Shown one piece after another: positions 28,203 through 37,593 of a stretch of DNA of 64,000 bases (position 1 is the stretch's first letter; the number at the start of each line of letters is the position of its first letter). The notes under the pieces are model-generated. The model saw only the letters and a program-made list of their open reading frames with translations. It was not told the origin of the DNA and made no database searches. Source of the DNA: Candidatus Poribacteria bacterium (GTDB taxonomy: Bacteria; Poribacteria; WGA-4E; PCPOR2b); assembly GCA_965116925.1 (NCBI GenBank), contig OZ220744.1:416001-480000 (forward strand). Reading direction: 5' to 3'. The position numbers were made by a program, and so were the translations under genes.

Positions 28203-30047
28203 ATGAATGATCACGCACATGAATCTCATGATCATCATGAAGAGAGTTTTGTTCGTAAATATCTCTTTTCACTTGATCATAAAATGATTGGTAAGCAATT
28301 CCTGATCTTTGGTCTGATTATGTTCATGGTCGGGGGCGGACTAGCGCTGCTTTTCCGTTGGCAACTCGCTTGGCCCGACAAACCGCTTCCTGTCATCGGG
28401 GTTTCCAAGGCATATATGGAGGAGGGTGAAGTCACAACCGCTGCTGACCGTAAATGGGAGGAACGGTTCGACGACGATAAAGAGACATGGTTAGAGACCA
28501 ACATACCCAGCGGCGTGATAGACCCAGCATTTTATAATTCGCTGTTTACAATGCACGCCACCATCATGGTTTTCTTTGTCGTTGTGCCGTTGCTTGTTGG
28601 GGCGTTTGGTAATTTCCTCATCCCACTGATGATCGGGACCAGAGATATGGCTTTTCCTGTTCTGAATATGCTATCCTTCTGGTCCAACCTGCTGGGAGCG
28701 GTCATCATGATGGCCGGCTTCTTTGTCCCCGGCGGACACGCTGCTGCAGGCTGGACTGGATACGCGCCCCTCTCTTCAGTTGTTGATCTTAGCGGTGTAA
28801 ATTGGGGACAGAATCTCTGGTGTATCAGCCTCATCGTTATGGGCATCTCCTCGCTAATGGGCTCTATCAACTATATCACCACCATTATCAATATGCGAGC
28901 ACCGGGGATGACTTGGTTCCGTCTCCCACTTGCGATTTGGGCACTCTTTATCGTCGCAATTTTGCTACTGCTTGCATTCCCTGTTGTCGCTTCTGCGCTC
29001 GCACTGATCCTCTTTGACCGGATGGCGGGGACGTCCTTCTTCTTGGCGGAAGGTGGCGGTGATCCATTGCTGTGGCAACACCTCTTCTGGTTCTTCGCGC
29101 ATCCAGAGGTGTATATCCTCATTCTGCCCGGCATGGGTATGGCGTCCGAAATGCTTCCGGTCTTTGCCAGAAAGCCCATCTTCGGCTATAAATCAATGGT
29201 TTTTGCTATGATAGCGATCGCTTTTCTCAGTTGGATTGTGTGGGGACACCACATGTTCCAGAGCGGGATGAACCCGGCATTGGGAGCGAGTTTTATGACT
29301 ACCACGATGTTAATCGCTGTCCCTTCGGCAATCAAAACTTTTAACTGGCTTGGCACCCTTCACCGTGCATCAATCCGATTCACAGTGCCGATGTTAAACA
29401 CGTTGGCTTTTGTGTCGATGTTCGTTATCGGCGGTCTTAGCGGCATCTATATGGCAAACTCGCCAGTGGATATCTACATACACGATACATACTACATCGT
29501 GGCACATATCCATTATGTTGTCTTCGGTGGAAGTGTCTTCGCTATCTTTGGCGGCATCTTTTACTGGTTCCCCAAGATGTTTGGGCGACACATGAATGCG
29601 ACCCTCGGTAAGATTCACTTCTGGATTTCATTCCTCGCCTTTAACGGTGTCTTTTTCCCGATGCACATCCTCGGCGTTGGGGGACACATGCGACGCATCG
29701 CCAACCCGATGCAGTATGAATTCTTACAACATATGCAAGGAATAAATGTATTTATTACGATTTGTGCATTTATTTTGGGTGTGGCTCAATTCCTGCTGCT
29801 ATTCAATGTGTTCTGGAGTATATTCCGCGGCAAAGTGGCTGAACAAAATCCGTGGCAAGCAACCACTTTGGAATGGTACGCGCCAACACCTGTTCCTCAT
29901 GGTAACTTTGGAGCAATTCCGCAGGTGTATCACGGACCCTATGAGTACAGCGTTCCCGGTGCTGAAACGGACTGGACGCCACAAACAGAGCCGAACGGCG
30001 AATCACCGCACGGCGAACCGGTCCCTGCCGGCGCAACTGCCGATTAA
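28203..30047 (+). CDS. coxA: Cytochrome c oxidase subunit I (A1-type)
   Basis: DHK.IG, TMHAT, WFFAHPEVY, WGHH, HDTYY.VAH.HY, MRR. Confidence 0.96.
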   Translation: MNDHAHESHDHHEESFVRKYLFSLDHKMIGKQFLIFGLIMFMVGGGLALLFRWQLAWPDKPLPVIGVSKAYMEEGEVTTAADRKWEERFDDDKETWLETNIPSGVIDPAFYNSLFTMHATIMVFFVVVPLLVGAFGNFLIPLMIGTRDMAFPVLNMLSFWSNLLGAVIMMAGFFVPGGHAAAGWTGYAPLSSVVDLSGVNWGQNLWCISLIVMGISSLMGSINYITTIINMRAPGMTWFRLPLAIWALFIVAILLLLAFPVVASALALILFDRMAGTSFFLAEGGGDPLLWQHLFWFFAHPEVYILILPGMGMASEMLPVFARKPIFGYKSMVFAMIAIAFLSWIVWGHHMFQSGMNPALGASFMTTTMLIAVPSAIKTFNWLGTLHRASIRFTVPMLNTLAFVSMFVIGGLSGIYMANSPVDIYIHDTYYIVAHIHYVVFGGSVFAIFGGIFYWFPKMFGRHMNATLGKIHFWISFLAFNGVFFPMHILGVGGHMRRIANPMQYEFLQHMQGINVFITICAFILGVAQFLLLFNVFWSIFRGKVAEQNPWQATTLEWYAPTPVPHGNFGAIPQVYHGPYEYSVPGAETDWTPQTEPNGESPHGEPVPAGATAD

Positions 30048-30057
30048 GCCTAATATG

Positions 30058-30090
30058 GGACGCAGATGAACGCAGCGTTCATCTGCGTCC
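30058..30090. repeat. Perfect 16-bp inverted repeat between coxA and ctaA
   Basis: GGACGCAGATGAACGC-A-GCGTTCATCTGCGTCC. Confidence 0.8.
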
Positions 30091-30132
30091 TAATCTAAAT
30101 CACTAAACTGTGGAGAGGAAAAGATTGATTCG

Positions 30133-31275
30133 ATGTACCGTCCATGGCTGCATAGACTTGCTGTGCTCACCGCTGTAACAACTTTCATTCTGATCTGCAT
30201 GGGGGGGCTTGTTACTAGCACAGATTCGGGGATGGCTGTTCCTGATTGGCCCACGACCTTCGGATACAATATGTTTCTCTATCCGCTCTCGAAAACAGTA
30301 AGTGGATTCCTGTTCAGCGTTGACCCGAATCTTCAAGCCGATCTGGATAAGGGCAGCCTGTCCGTAAAGCTACGAAAGGCACTTGAAAAAAACGAGATTT
30401 CCGTATCAGAAAATGTTATAATTTCAACCGAAGCACAAGGCAGCAGATGGAAACTCGCAGATAAAGCGAATGAACGCACCTATACGCTGATTAAATCGGG
30501 CGAGCGGCTTGATGTATACGTCCACGGTGTGCTATACGAACATAGCCATCGACTGATCGGGTCTATTGTCGGTTTTCTGACGATTGCGTTGATGGTATCA
30601 ATTTGGGCAAGAGATGCACGGAAATGGATGAAATGGCTTGGCGTTATCGCCCTCGTTGCAGTCATCGCACAAGGGGTAATGGGTGGTCTCCGCGTTACGA
30701 ATCTCAGCAGGGTCTTGGCTATCATACACGCCTGTTTTGCCCAAGCGTTTTTTGCGTTGACAGCAAGTCTTGCGTTGTTTACATCGCGCAGTTGGTTACA
30801 AACATCGGTAAAGATTGAGACCACAGACGCTGCACGCCTGAGAAATTTGAGTTTCATCACTTTAGGGCTTATCTACGTCCAATTCATCTTTGGTGCTGTG
30901 TTAAGGCATACAGGAGATCGACTAGATGCCCACCTGCTCTTTGCAGGGGTAGTAACAATTCACATATTTCTGCTTTTGAGGCGAATCCTGAAGAATTATC
31001 CGGAAAGTCCAGACCTAGTTCGTCCTGTTTTACTGTTGAGCGGTTTGCTTGCCGTACAATTGACTTTGGGCTTCGGGGCATACCTCGCCGAGTTCACCGC
31101 TTTTGGCAAGGGCGTGCCTCCTGTTGCTGGTGTCATAATCACAACCGCCCATGTTGCGATTGGTGCTTTAATGCTGATTGCTTCCGTTGTACTAACCCTG
31201 AACATTTGTCGCTTCACCAGTAGATCTGAACCTGCTGTAAGTCGAAGGCTTGTTTCCGATGAGGTGTCCGTATGA
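30133..31275 (+). CDS. ctaA: Heme A synthase (CtaA/COX15) with soluble insertion
   Basis: GG.VTS.DSGMAVPDWP, YEHSHRL, QG.MGG.RV, HACFAQ, additional conserved His residues. Confidence 0.88.
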   Translation: MYRPWLHRLAVLTAVTTFILICMGGLVTSTDSGMAVPDWPTTFGYNMFLYPLSKTVSGFLFSVDPNLQADLDKGSLSVKLRKALEKNEISVSENVIISTEAQGSRWKLADKANERTYTLIKSGERLDVYVHGVLYEHSHRLIGSIVGFLTIALMVSIWARDARKWMKWLGVIALVAVIAQGVMGGLRVTNLSRVLAIIHACFAQAFFALTASLALFTSRSWLQTSVKIETTDAARLRNLSFITLGLIYVQFIFGAVLRHTGDRLDAHLLFAGVVTIHIFLLLRRILKNYPESPDLVRPVLLLSGLLAVQLTLGFGAYLAEFTAFGKGVPPVAGVIITTAHVAIGALMLIASVVLTLNICRFTSRSEPAVSRRLVSDEVSV

Positions 31276-32174
31276 TTTCAATAACAGAGACGCTAGGGAG
31301 TGATGTATCCCAAATGAGCCGCCGAGTATCGACGCTGGTTGAACTGACAAAGCCGCGGCTCGTTTCCATGATACTGATTACAACGTCAGCCGGTTTTTAT
31401 ATTGCTTCCTCGCAACCACTTAATTGGTTGCAACTGATTCACACTATCATCGGCACGGGGTTATCCGCAGCAGGCGTATTAGCTCTAAATCAGTACCTTG
31501 AACGTGATCTGGACGCTCAAATGGTGAGAACGTGCCATCGACCGCTGCCGGATCAACGGCTTCAACCGACGACAGCCCTATTTTTTGGGGTTTTACTGAC
31601 TGTCAGCGGTTTGCTCTATATGACATTTTCCGTAAATGCCCTAGGCGCATTGGTCATCTCAGCCATCGTTGTGACGTATCTGTTCGTCTATACCCCACTG
31701 AAACAGAAAACATCGCTCTGTACCGTTGCAGGAGCGTTTCCGGGGGCATTGCCCCCTGTTATCGGTTGGGTTGCAGCGCGAGGAACACTCAATATTGAGG
31801 CGTGGGTGCTTTTTGCAATTCTGTTCCTTTGGCAGCTGCCGCACTCACTGTCAATCGCGTTTATCTATCGCGACGAATACGCACAGGCTGGATTCCGCTT
31901 GCTGCCGGTTATTCATCCAGATGGCAAGAGCACGAACAGACAGATTGTCATCAACTGTCTTGGGCTGCTCGTTGTGGCATTGCTGCCCACGTTAATAGGC
32001 ATCGCTGGTATCGTTTATTTTTTCTCCGCACTTACATTGAGTATCATCTTTCTTGGGTTCGGCGTTAACCTATCAATTTCTCGATCGACCATAGCAGCAA
32101 AACGGTTGCTGTACGCCTCACTGATATACCTGCCGCTGGTGTTTCTGGCAATGGCACTCGACAGGTTGGCATAA
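31272..32174 (+). CDS. ctaB: Heme O synthase (protoheme IX farnesyltransferase)
   Basis: LTKPRL, NQYLERD.D..M.RT..RPLP, YTPLK, GALPP.IGW, WQLPH. Confidence 0.95.
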   Translation: MISITETLGSDVSQMSRRVSTLVELTKPRLVSMILITTSAGFYIASSQPLNWLQLIHTIIGTGLSAAGVLALNQYLERDLDAQMVRTCHRPLPDQRLQPTTALFFGVLLTVSGLLYMTFSVNALGALVISAIVVTYLFVYTPLKQKTSLCTVAGAFPGALPPVIGWVAARGTLNIEAWVLFAILFLWQLPHSLSIAFIYRDEYAQAGFRLLPVIHPDGKSTNRQIVINCLGLLVVALLPTLIGIAGIVYFFSALTLSIIFLGFGVNLSISRSTIAAKRLLYASLIYLPLVFLAMALDRLA

Positions 32175-32197
32175 TGGCATGGAGGCATTAAATCTAT

Positions 32198-32308
32198 ATG
32201 AGTGATAATGAAAAACGGAGTCACAACCGACGCATCGGTTGGTTCTTATTCGCGGTATTTATCGTCCTATTTATTTTTGCAACGATTCTCGCAATCGTCA
32301 AAAACTAA
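32198..32308 (+). CDS. Unannotated 36-aa single-TM protein in the cox operon
   Basis: GGAGG RBS; MSDNEKRSHNRRIGWFLFAVFIVLFIFATILAIVKN*; below the ORF-track length cutoff. Confidence 0.65.
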   Translation: MSDNEKRSHNRRIGWFLFAVFIVLFIFATILAIVKN

Positions 32309-32337
32309 CGTATTGTAATCAAGGGGTTTCACCGCCG

Positions 32338-32943
32338 ATGAATGAAGTAGACCACACATCATACGAACATGCCGAAGGGGAAGATCGACCAATCAGCAAT
32401 GCACGTTTAGCTGTGTTGGTACTCCTCGGTGCCGAAATCATGTTTTTCGCGGGGTTGATTGGCACATTCCTTGTATTCCGCTTGGGGAGTGTCACTTGGC
32501 CGCCACCCTCACAGGCTGATGTCCGCTTGCCCATTGGTGTGACTGGACTGAACACAATCGTCCTGCTCTTGAGCGGCTATACGATGTTTCAAGGGCTGCG
32601 AGCCATTCGGCAAGACCGTCAGAAAGAACTCAGAAACTGGCTTTTCGCCACGGGACTTCTTGGGGTAATTTTCCTTGTTGTGCAAGGTTCCGAATGGGTA
32701 CGATTAGTGCAGCATGGATTTACGCTTTCGTCGGGAGTGTACGGCTCAGTTTTCTACGTCCTCATCGGTTGTCACGCCCTGCATGTTCTGATCGCAGTCC
32801 TCTGGCTGTTAGCTGTTTTCGCTAGAGCAATGGCCGGTCGGTTTTCAGTGAACCACTACCTTGGGGTTGAAGTTTGTGCAATTTATTGGGCGTTTGTTGT
32901 CGTGTTATGGCCCCTTCTTTATGTGCTTGTCTACTTAATCTAA
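32338..32943 (+). CDS. Cytochrome c oxidase subunit III-like (short form, copy 1)
   Basis: E.MFF.GL, NT.VLL.S, Q..EW, FY.L.G.HA.HV, YW.FV. Confidence 0.88.
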   Translation: MNEVDHTSYEHAEGEDRPISNARLAVLVLLGAEIMFFAGLIGTFLVFRLGSVTWPPPSQADVRLPIGVTGLNTIVLLLSGYTMFQGLRAIRQDRQKELRNWLFATGLLGVIFLVVQGSEWVRLVQHGFTLSSGVYGSVFYVLIGCHALHVLIAVLWLLAVFARAMAGRFSVNHYLGVEVCAIYWAFVVVLWPLLYVLVYLI

Positions 32944-32974
32944 ATGGAGAAGAAAAACGCCGAGGAGATTTTTT

Positions 32975-33229
32975 ATGATTTGTCGATATTTTTCACTTAT
33001 AGTAGGGATTTTGGTTCTCGCATTACTCGTACCGGTAGTTGTGGAAGCCTGTCCCTCATGTAAAACGATTGATGACCCAATTGTTCAGGGCTTCAAGTGG
33101 AGTATTCTATTCCTTATGGCGATGCCCTATATTGTTTCCGGTCTAATTGGCGGTGGCGTGTTCTATGTATACTACCGCACACATCGGGCCGATAATCGTA
33201 AACCACCTTCTAATGTGAAAGGAGTGTGA
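32975..33229 (+). CDS. Small membrane protein with CxxC, cox-associated
   Basis: Signal-like N-terminus, ACPSC, SILFLMAMPY TM segment; GAGGAG RBS. Confidence 0.65.
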   Translation: MICRYFSLIVGILVLALLVPVVVEACPSCKTIDDPIVQGFKWSILFLMAMPYIVSGLIGGGVFYVYYRTHRADNRKPPSNVKGV

Positions 33230-33232
33230 AAA

Positions 33233-33877
33233 TTGGAAGAAACTACAACACTCGATCATTCCGCAGATGTCTACGAACCATCCCTCACGCCCGACAGTCT
33301 GGGCAAGTTGGGGATGTGGCTCTTTCTTATTAGCGATGCGATGTCGTTTGGCGCATTGCTCGCTGCCTATGGTGCTATACGCGCTGGCGCAGCGGAGTGG
33401 GTGCCGCCACCCGAAATACTCGGTATTAACCTCACAGCGGGTATGACCTTTCTGTTAATCTGTAGTAGTGTTACGATGGTCAAAGCCCTCGAAGCTATCC
33501 AGAACGGGAATCAACAGAGGATGTGTACCTTCCTCGGCTTGACCATTCTGGGTGGACTAATTTTCTTGGGACTCCAAGCATATGAATGGACTGCCCTGAT
33601 CAAGCACGGTCTCACCCTCACCACGATCCCTCATCACGGATTGTCTGGTGCTGAGATTTCCGGCTCGGTGCTCTTTGGTCCCACCTTCTACACCATTACA
33701 GGTTTCCACGGTGCCCACGTCACCGGTGGGGTCATCTACCTCATCGTTATCTTGATTAAGGGGCTGCGAGGAACGTACACAGCCGAGTATAACCACAAAG
33801 TCGAGATTTTGGGGCTATATTGGCACTTCGTTGACCTAATTTGGATCATGGTCTTTACTTTTGTTTATCTACTGTAA
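33233..33877 (+). CDS. coxC: Cytochrome c oxidase subunit III (short form, copy 2)
   Basis: GKLGMWLFL.SDAMSF, TFLLICSSVTM, FY.ITGFHG.HV, GLYWHFVDL.W. Confidence 0.9.
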   Translation: MEETTTLDHSADVYEPSLTPDSLGKLGMWLFLISDAMSFGALLAAYGAIRAGAAEWVPPPEILGINLTAGMTFLLICSSVTMVKALEAIQNGNQQRMCTFLGLTILGGLIFLGLQAYEWTALIKHGLTLTTIPHHGLSGAEISGSVLFGPTFYTITGFHGAHVTGGVIYLIVILIKGLRGTYTAEYNHKVEILGLYWHFVDLIWIMVFTFVYLL

Positions 33878-33897
33878 TCACCGAATGGAGAATCAAG

Positions 33898-34227
33898 ATG
33901 GAACACGCTCATAAAGAACATCCGAAATACATGAGAATATTTTGGATACTGCTTGCACTCACGGTCGCTGAAGTTGCTGTCGTCTACATGCCGCTTCCAA
34001 AAATTGTGATAGCACTTCTGCTGATTGGTATGGCATGTTCTAAGGCGCTTTATGTCGCGCTCTATTTCATGCACCTGAAATTTGAGCAGAAGACCTTGAT
34101 GGTCATTGCGTTGACACCTTTTATTATCTGTGTTTTTCTCGTGTTTATGCTGCTGCCAGATCTGATGGACGATGCTCGCCATGAGGGAGCTAAGGCGGAA
34201 TCGCAGGTCGTTGATACATCTCACTAA
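33898..34227 (+). CDS. Cytochrome c oxidase subunit IV (CtaF/CyoD-like)
   Basis: Y..IF..L..LT..EV and KA..VA.YFMHLKFE signature. Confidence 0.88.
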   Translation: MEHAHKEHPKYMRIFWILLALTVAEVAVVYMPLPKIVIALLLIGMACSKALYVALYFMHLKFEQKTLMVIALTPFIICVFLVFMLLPDLMDDARHEGAKAESQVVDTSH

Positions 34228-34289
34228 TCTAAAAAGTAATGCGTGAAACGTGGTAAATTTTACGTTCCACGTCTTAGGGTTCATGCTGC

Positions 34290-34961
34290 ATGTCTATGGA
34301 AGCCGAAGTGAAATCTTCAGAACAGGACGCTAGACCCAGTGATCGCACGCTGCGCGGAATTCTCTGGGGTGTGTTAGCCCTCGTGATTGTTGGCATCTTA
34401 GGTGCCAATCTCTGGTCATTTGTTCACCAAAAGTCCGGCGCGACCACAGAGTCGACAAGTGCATTGTCGGAATTCGCAGTTCATCAACAACTGCCGGACT
34501 TTTCCTTGACAGATCAGTTTGGCACCTCCTTTGCTTCGTCCGATCTCCACGACAAAGTCTGGGTTGCAGATTTCATCTTTACCAGTTGTGCAACAATCTG
34601 TCCACCAATGACAGTTCAGATGGCAAGTCTGCAAGACGAGTTTGCGGGGGAGGCTGTCCATTTTGTCTCTTTTTCCGTTGATCCCGAACGAGATACGCCT
34701 ACAGTTCTCCGTCGTTATGCGGATAACTATGGGGCGGATGGTGGTCGTTGGGCATTCTTGACAGGGCAGAAAACGGCTATCTATCAGCTAGCTCACGAAG
34801 GTTTTAACTTAGCAACCGGTCACCGAGGAAGTGAAATTCTTCACAGCACTCGGTTTGTGCTCGTTGATCGAAATCAGCAGTTGCGAGGCTACTATGAAAG
34901 CCGAAGCCCGGGGTCGCTGCAGCAGTTGCGTAAAGATATAAGAACGTTGCTTGAAAAATAA
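34290..34961 (+). CDS. SCO1/SenC copper chaperone
   Basis: FIFTSCATICP, VDPERDTP, ILHS.RFVLVD. Confidence 0.92.
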   Translation: MSMEAEVKSSEQDARPSDRTLRGILWGVLALVIVGILGANLWSFVHQKSGATTESTSALSEFAVHQQLPDFSLTDQFGTSFASSDLHDKVWVADFIFTSCATICPPMTVQMASLQDEFAGEAVHFVSFSVDPERDTPTVLRRYADNYGADGGRWAFLTGQKTAIYQLAHEGFNLATGHRGSEILHSTRFVLVDRNQQLRGYYESRSPGSLQQLRKDIRTLLEK

Positions 34962-34972
34962 GGAGTCTGTTC

Positions 34973-35779
34973 ATGAATCATCCAGAATTAACTTTAACCG
35001 ATCGCCGATTCGGTCAAACTAGACGCCACGATGCTTGGTGGGTGCAACCGCTAGTGGTCTTTCTAGGATTATCTATTTTCGGTCTCTATGCAACATGGGC
35101 GGTCTTTCAGGGGGATCATTATCATCACGAGTCATATCTGTCTCCCTTCTATTCGCCGCTGCTATTTGATACCGCAGGACATGATTCAGGACATAGTTGG
35201 TTTGATGGTAAGCCCGACTGGTTGCCTCTCTGGTTTTCACCGGCAATTCTCATTCTTTGGGCACCGCTCGGTTTTCGTTTCACCTGTTACTACTATCGCG
35301 GAGCCTATTACAAAGCTTTTTGGGCGGATCCACCCTCATGTACTGTTAGTGAACCGCGCAAGGGATACCGGGGCGAAGGCTCATTTCCGCTCATTATTCA
35401 AAATGTGCATCGCTACTTCCTGTATCTTGCGCTCGTTTTCATAGTGATTCTTGCCTACGATGCTTGGACAGCATTATGGTTTGACGATGGGAGCGGTGGA
35501 AAATCGTTTGGTATCGGTATTGGTACACTAATATTGACAGGCAATGTTATATTTCTGGGTGGCTACACGCTCGGTTGCCACTCATTGCGCCATCTTGTCG
35601 GGGGCATCCGCGATAGGCTTTCAGGCGCACCCATTCGTCGAACTGCTTACAATTGCGTCAGTTGTTTGAATCGTCGCCACATGCTCTGGGCGTGGATGAG
35701 CCTATGCTGGGTAGGGCTTTCGGACGTTTATGTTCGGTTGTGTTCGATGGGAATCTTGTCGGACTGGAGGATTTTGTAG
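34973..35779 (+). CDS. Succinate dehydrogenase membrane anchor (actinobacterial Sdh1-type, non-SdhC/D)
   Basis: FR.TCYYYR.AYY, QN.HRYF, GCHS.RH and H..WAW motifs; directly upstream of sdhA. Confidence 0.8.
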   Translation: MNHPELTLTDRRFGQTRRHDAWWVQPLVVFLGLSIFGLYATWAVFQGDHYHHESYLSPFYSPLLFDTAGHDSGHSWFDGKPDWLPLWFSPAILILWAPLGFRFTCYYYRGAYYKAFWADPPSCTVSEPRKGYRGEGSFPLIIQNVHRYFLYLALVFIVILAYDAWTALWFDDGSGGKSFGIGIGTLILTGNVIFLGGYTLGCHSLRHLVGGIRDRLSGAPIRRTAYNCVSCLNRRHMLWAWMSLCWVGLSDVYVRLCSMGILSDWRIL

Positions 35780-37593
35780 TGGCACAATACGAAACGCATG
35801 AATATGATGTGTTAGTCATCGGGGCAGGCGGTGCAGGTCTGAGAGCTGCTATCGAAGCCTCGGCTGCCGGTGTGTCTGTAGGACTGATCTGTAAATCTTT
35901 GCTCGGCAAAGCGCATACGGTTATGGCGGAAGGTGGTGTTGCTGCAGCACTAGCAAATGTTGACGAGCGAGATGGATGGCGCGTTCACTTTGCTGACACC
36001 ATGCGAGGCGGTCAATATCTGAACAACTGGCGCATGGCAGAACTTCACGCCAAAGAAGCCCCGGACCGAGTCCACGAATTAGAAGCGTGGGGCGCACTGT
36101 TTGACCGGACGCAGGACGGACGCATCTTGCAACGAAATTTCGGTGGTCATCAATACCCTCGACTTGCTCATGTTGGGGATCGCACCGGGTTGGAAATGAT
36201 TCGTGTCCTGCAAGACCACGGTATCCATCAAGGTGTTGATGTCCACATGGAATGCACAGTCATATCGCTGCTGAAAAACGACGGTCGCGTTGTTGGAGCC
36301 TTCGGTTACGAGCGCGAGAAAGGGCGGTTCAAGGTGTTCTCCGCCAAAGCGGTTGTGCTTGCCACCGGTGGTGTGGGCAAGGCTTATAAAATTACGAGCA
36401 ACAGCTGGGAATATACCGGCGATGGACACTCGCTCGCCTACCATGCAGGTGCCGAATTAATTGACATGGAGTTTGTACAGTTTCATCCAACCGGCATGGT
36501 TTGGCCCCCCAGTGTGCGGGGTATACTAGTCACGGAGGGTGTCCGCGGTGAGGGCGGAATTCTGACGAATAGCGAGGGGCAGCGATTTATGTTTGACCAT
36601 ATACCGGAGCTTTATCAGAATCAAACCTCTGACGACCCAGAAGAAGGCTGGCGATATACACAGGGCGATCGAGATGCTCGCAGGCCTCCAGAACTCCTCA
36701 CACGTGACCATGTGGCTCGGTGTATTGTTCGCGAGGTACAAGAAGGGCGCGGAAGTCCGCACGGCGGTGTCTTTCTCGATATTTCATGGATCTCGGAAAA
36801 GATTTCCAACGCCGAAGAGCACATCAAACGGAAGCTACCCAGCATGTATCACCAATTTTCGCAGTTAGCGGATATTGATATCACCAAAGAACCGATGGAG
36901 GTGGGACCAACGACCCATTACATCATGGGCGGTATTCGGGTAGATGCCGACTCACAGATGACCTCGGTGCCGGGGCTTTTCGCGGGGGGTGAATGTGGTG
37001 CAGGATTGCACGGTGCGAATCGATTAGGCGGCAACTCGCTCTCTGACCTGCTGGTTTTTGGTAAGCGTGCAGGTGAGTACGCCGCACAATTTGCCAAAGA
37101 AAATGGTGCAGGTGAAGTAGACGCAGCGGAGATCGAGGAAGTTGCAAGTTGGGCGTTAAAGCCTTTCGACAACGCAGCGGGTGAGAATCCATTCCAAATT
37201 CAGTACGATTTGCAAGATATGATGCAAGATCTCGTTGGCATCGCTCGGAGCGACGAAGGGCTAAACAACGCCCGCGAAGAACTCCAGAAACTCACAGAAC
37301 GCTCCGACCAAGCGGGGGTCGTTGGGAATCGTGAGTATAATCCGGGTTGGCACACAGCACTGGATCTGCATTGCATGCTCACAATATCTGAAGCTATTGC
37401 GCTTGCAGCGTTGGAACGAAGGGCAAGCATCGGTGCCCATTCTCGTGACGATTATCCTGAGAAAGAGGAACCGGGGGCAGGTAGGTATAACACCGTCGTC
37501 CGCAAGAATGCAGATGGTGAAATGGAGGTCACTCGGGAGCCGATACCCGAAATTCGCGAAGACCTCCAAGCAGTGATAGAGGAGATGGGCTAA
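35779..37593 (+). CDS. sdhA: Succinate dehydrogenase/fumarate reductase flavoprotein
   Basis: GAGGAG, AHTVMAEGG, QFHPTG, TEGVRGEGG, HY.MGG, HGANRLGGNSL; GTG start overlapping the upstream TAG. Confidence 0.93.
   Translation: MAQYETHEYDVLVIGAGGAGLRAAIEASAAGVSVGLICKSLLGKAHTVMAEGGVAAALANVDERDGWRVHFADTMRGGQYLNNWRMAELHAKEAPDRVHELEAWGALFDRTQDGRILQRNFGGHQYPRLAHVGDRTGLEMIRVLQDHGIHQGVDVHMECTVISLLKNDGRVVGAFGYEREKGRFKVFSAKAVVLATGGVGKAYKITSNSWEYTGDGHSLAYHAGAELIDMEFVQFHPTGMVWPPSVRGILVTEGVRGEGGILTNSEGQRFMFDHIPELYQNQTSDDPEEGWRYTQGDRDARRPPELLTRDHVARCIVREVQEGRGSPHGGVFLDISWISEKISNAEEHIKRKLPSMYHQFSQLADIDITKEPMEVGPTTHYIMGGIRVDADSQMTSVPGLFAGGECGAGLHGANRLGGNSLSDLLVFGKRAGEYAAQFAKENGAGEVDAAEIEEVASWALKPFDNAAGENPFQIQYDLQDMMQDLVGIARSDEGLNNAREELQKLTERSDQAGVVGNREYNPGWHTALDLHCMLTISEAIALAALERRASIGAHSRDDYPEKEEPGAGRYNTVVRKNADGEMEVTREPIPEIREDLQAVIEEMG

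Noticed and set aside
35653..35778. N-terminal extension of SdhA in the ORF track
   Set aside because: Overlaps the anchor gene; GGAGG plus GTG at 35779 is the better start.
37410..37445. SdhA RRASIGAH instead of the usual RxESRGAH
   Set aside because: FAD-binding and catalytic motifs are intact; likely tolerated divergence.
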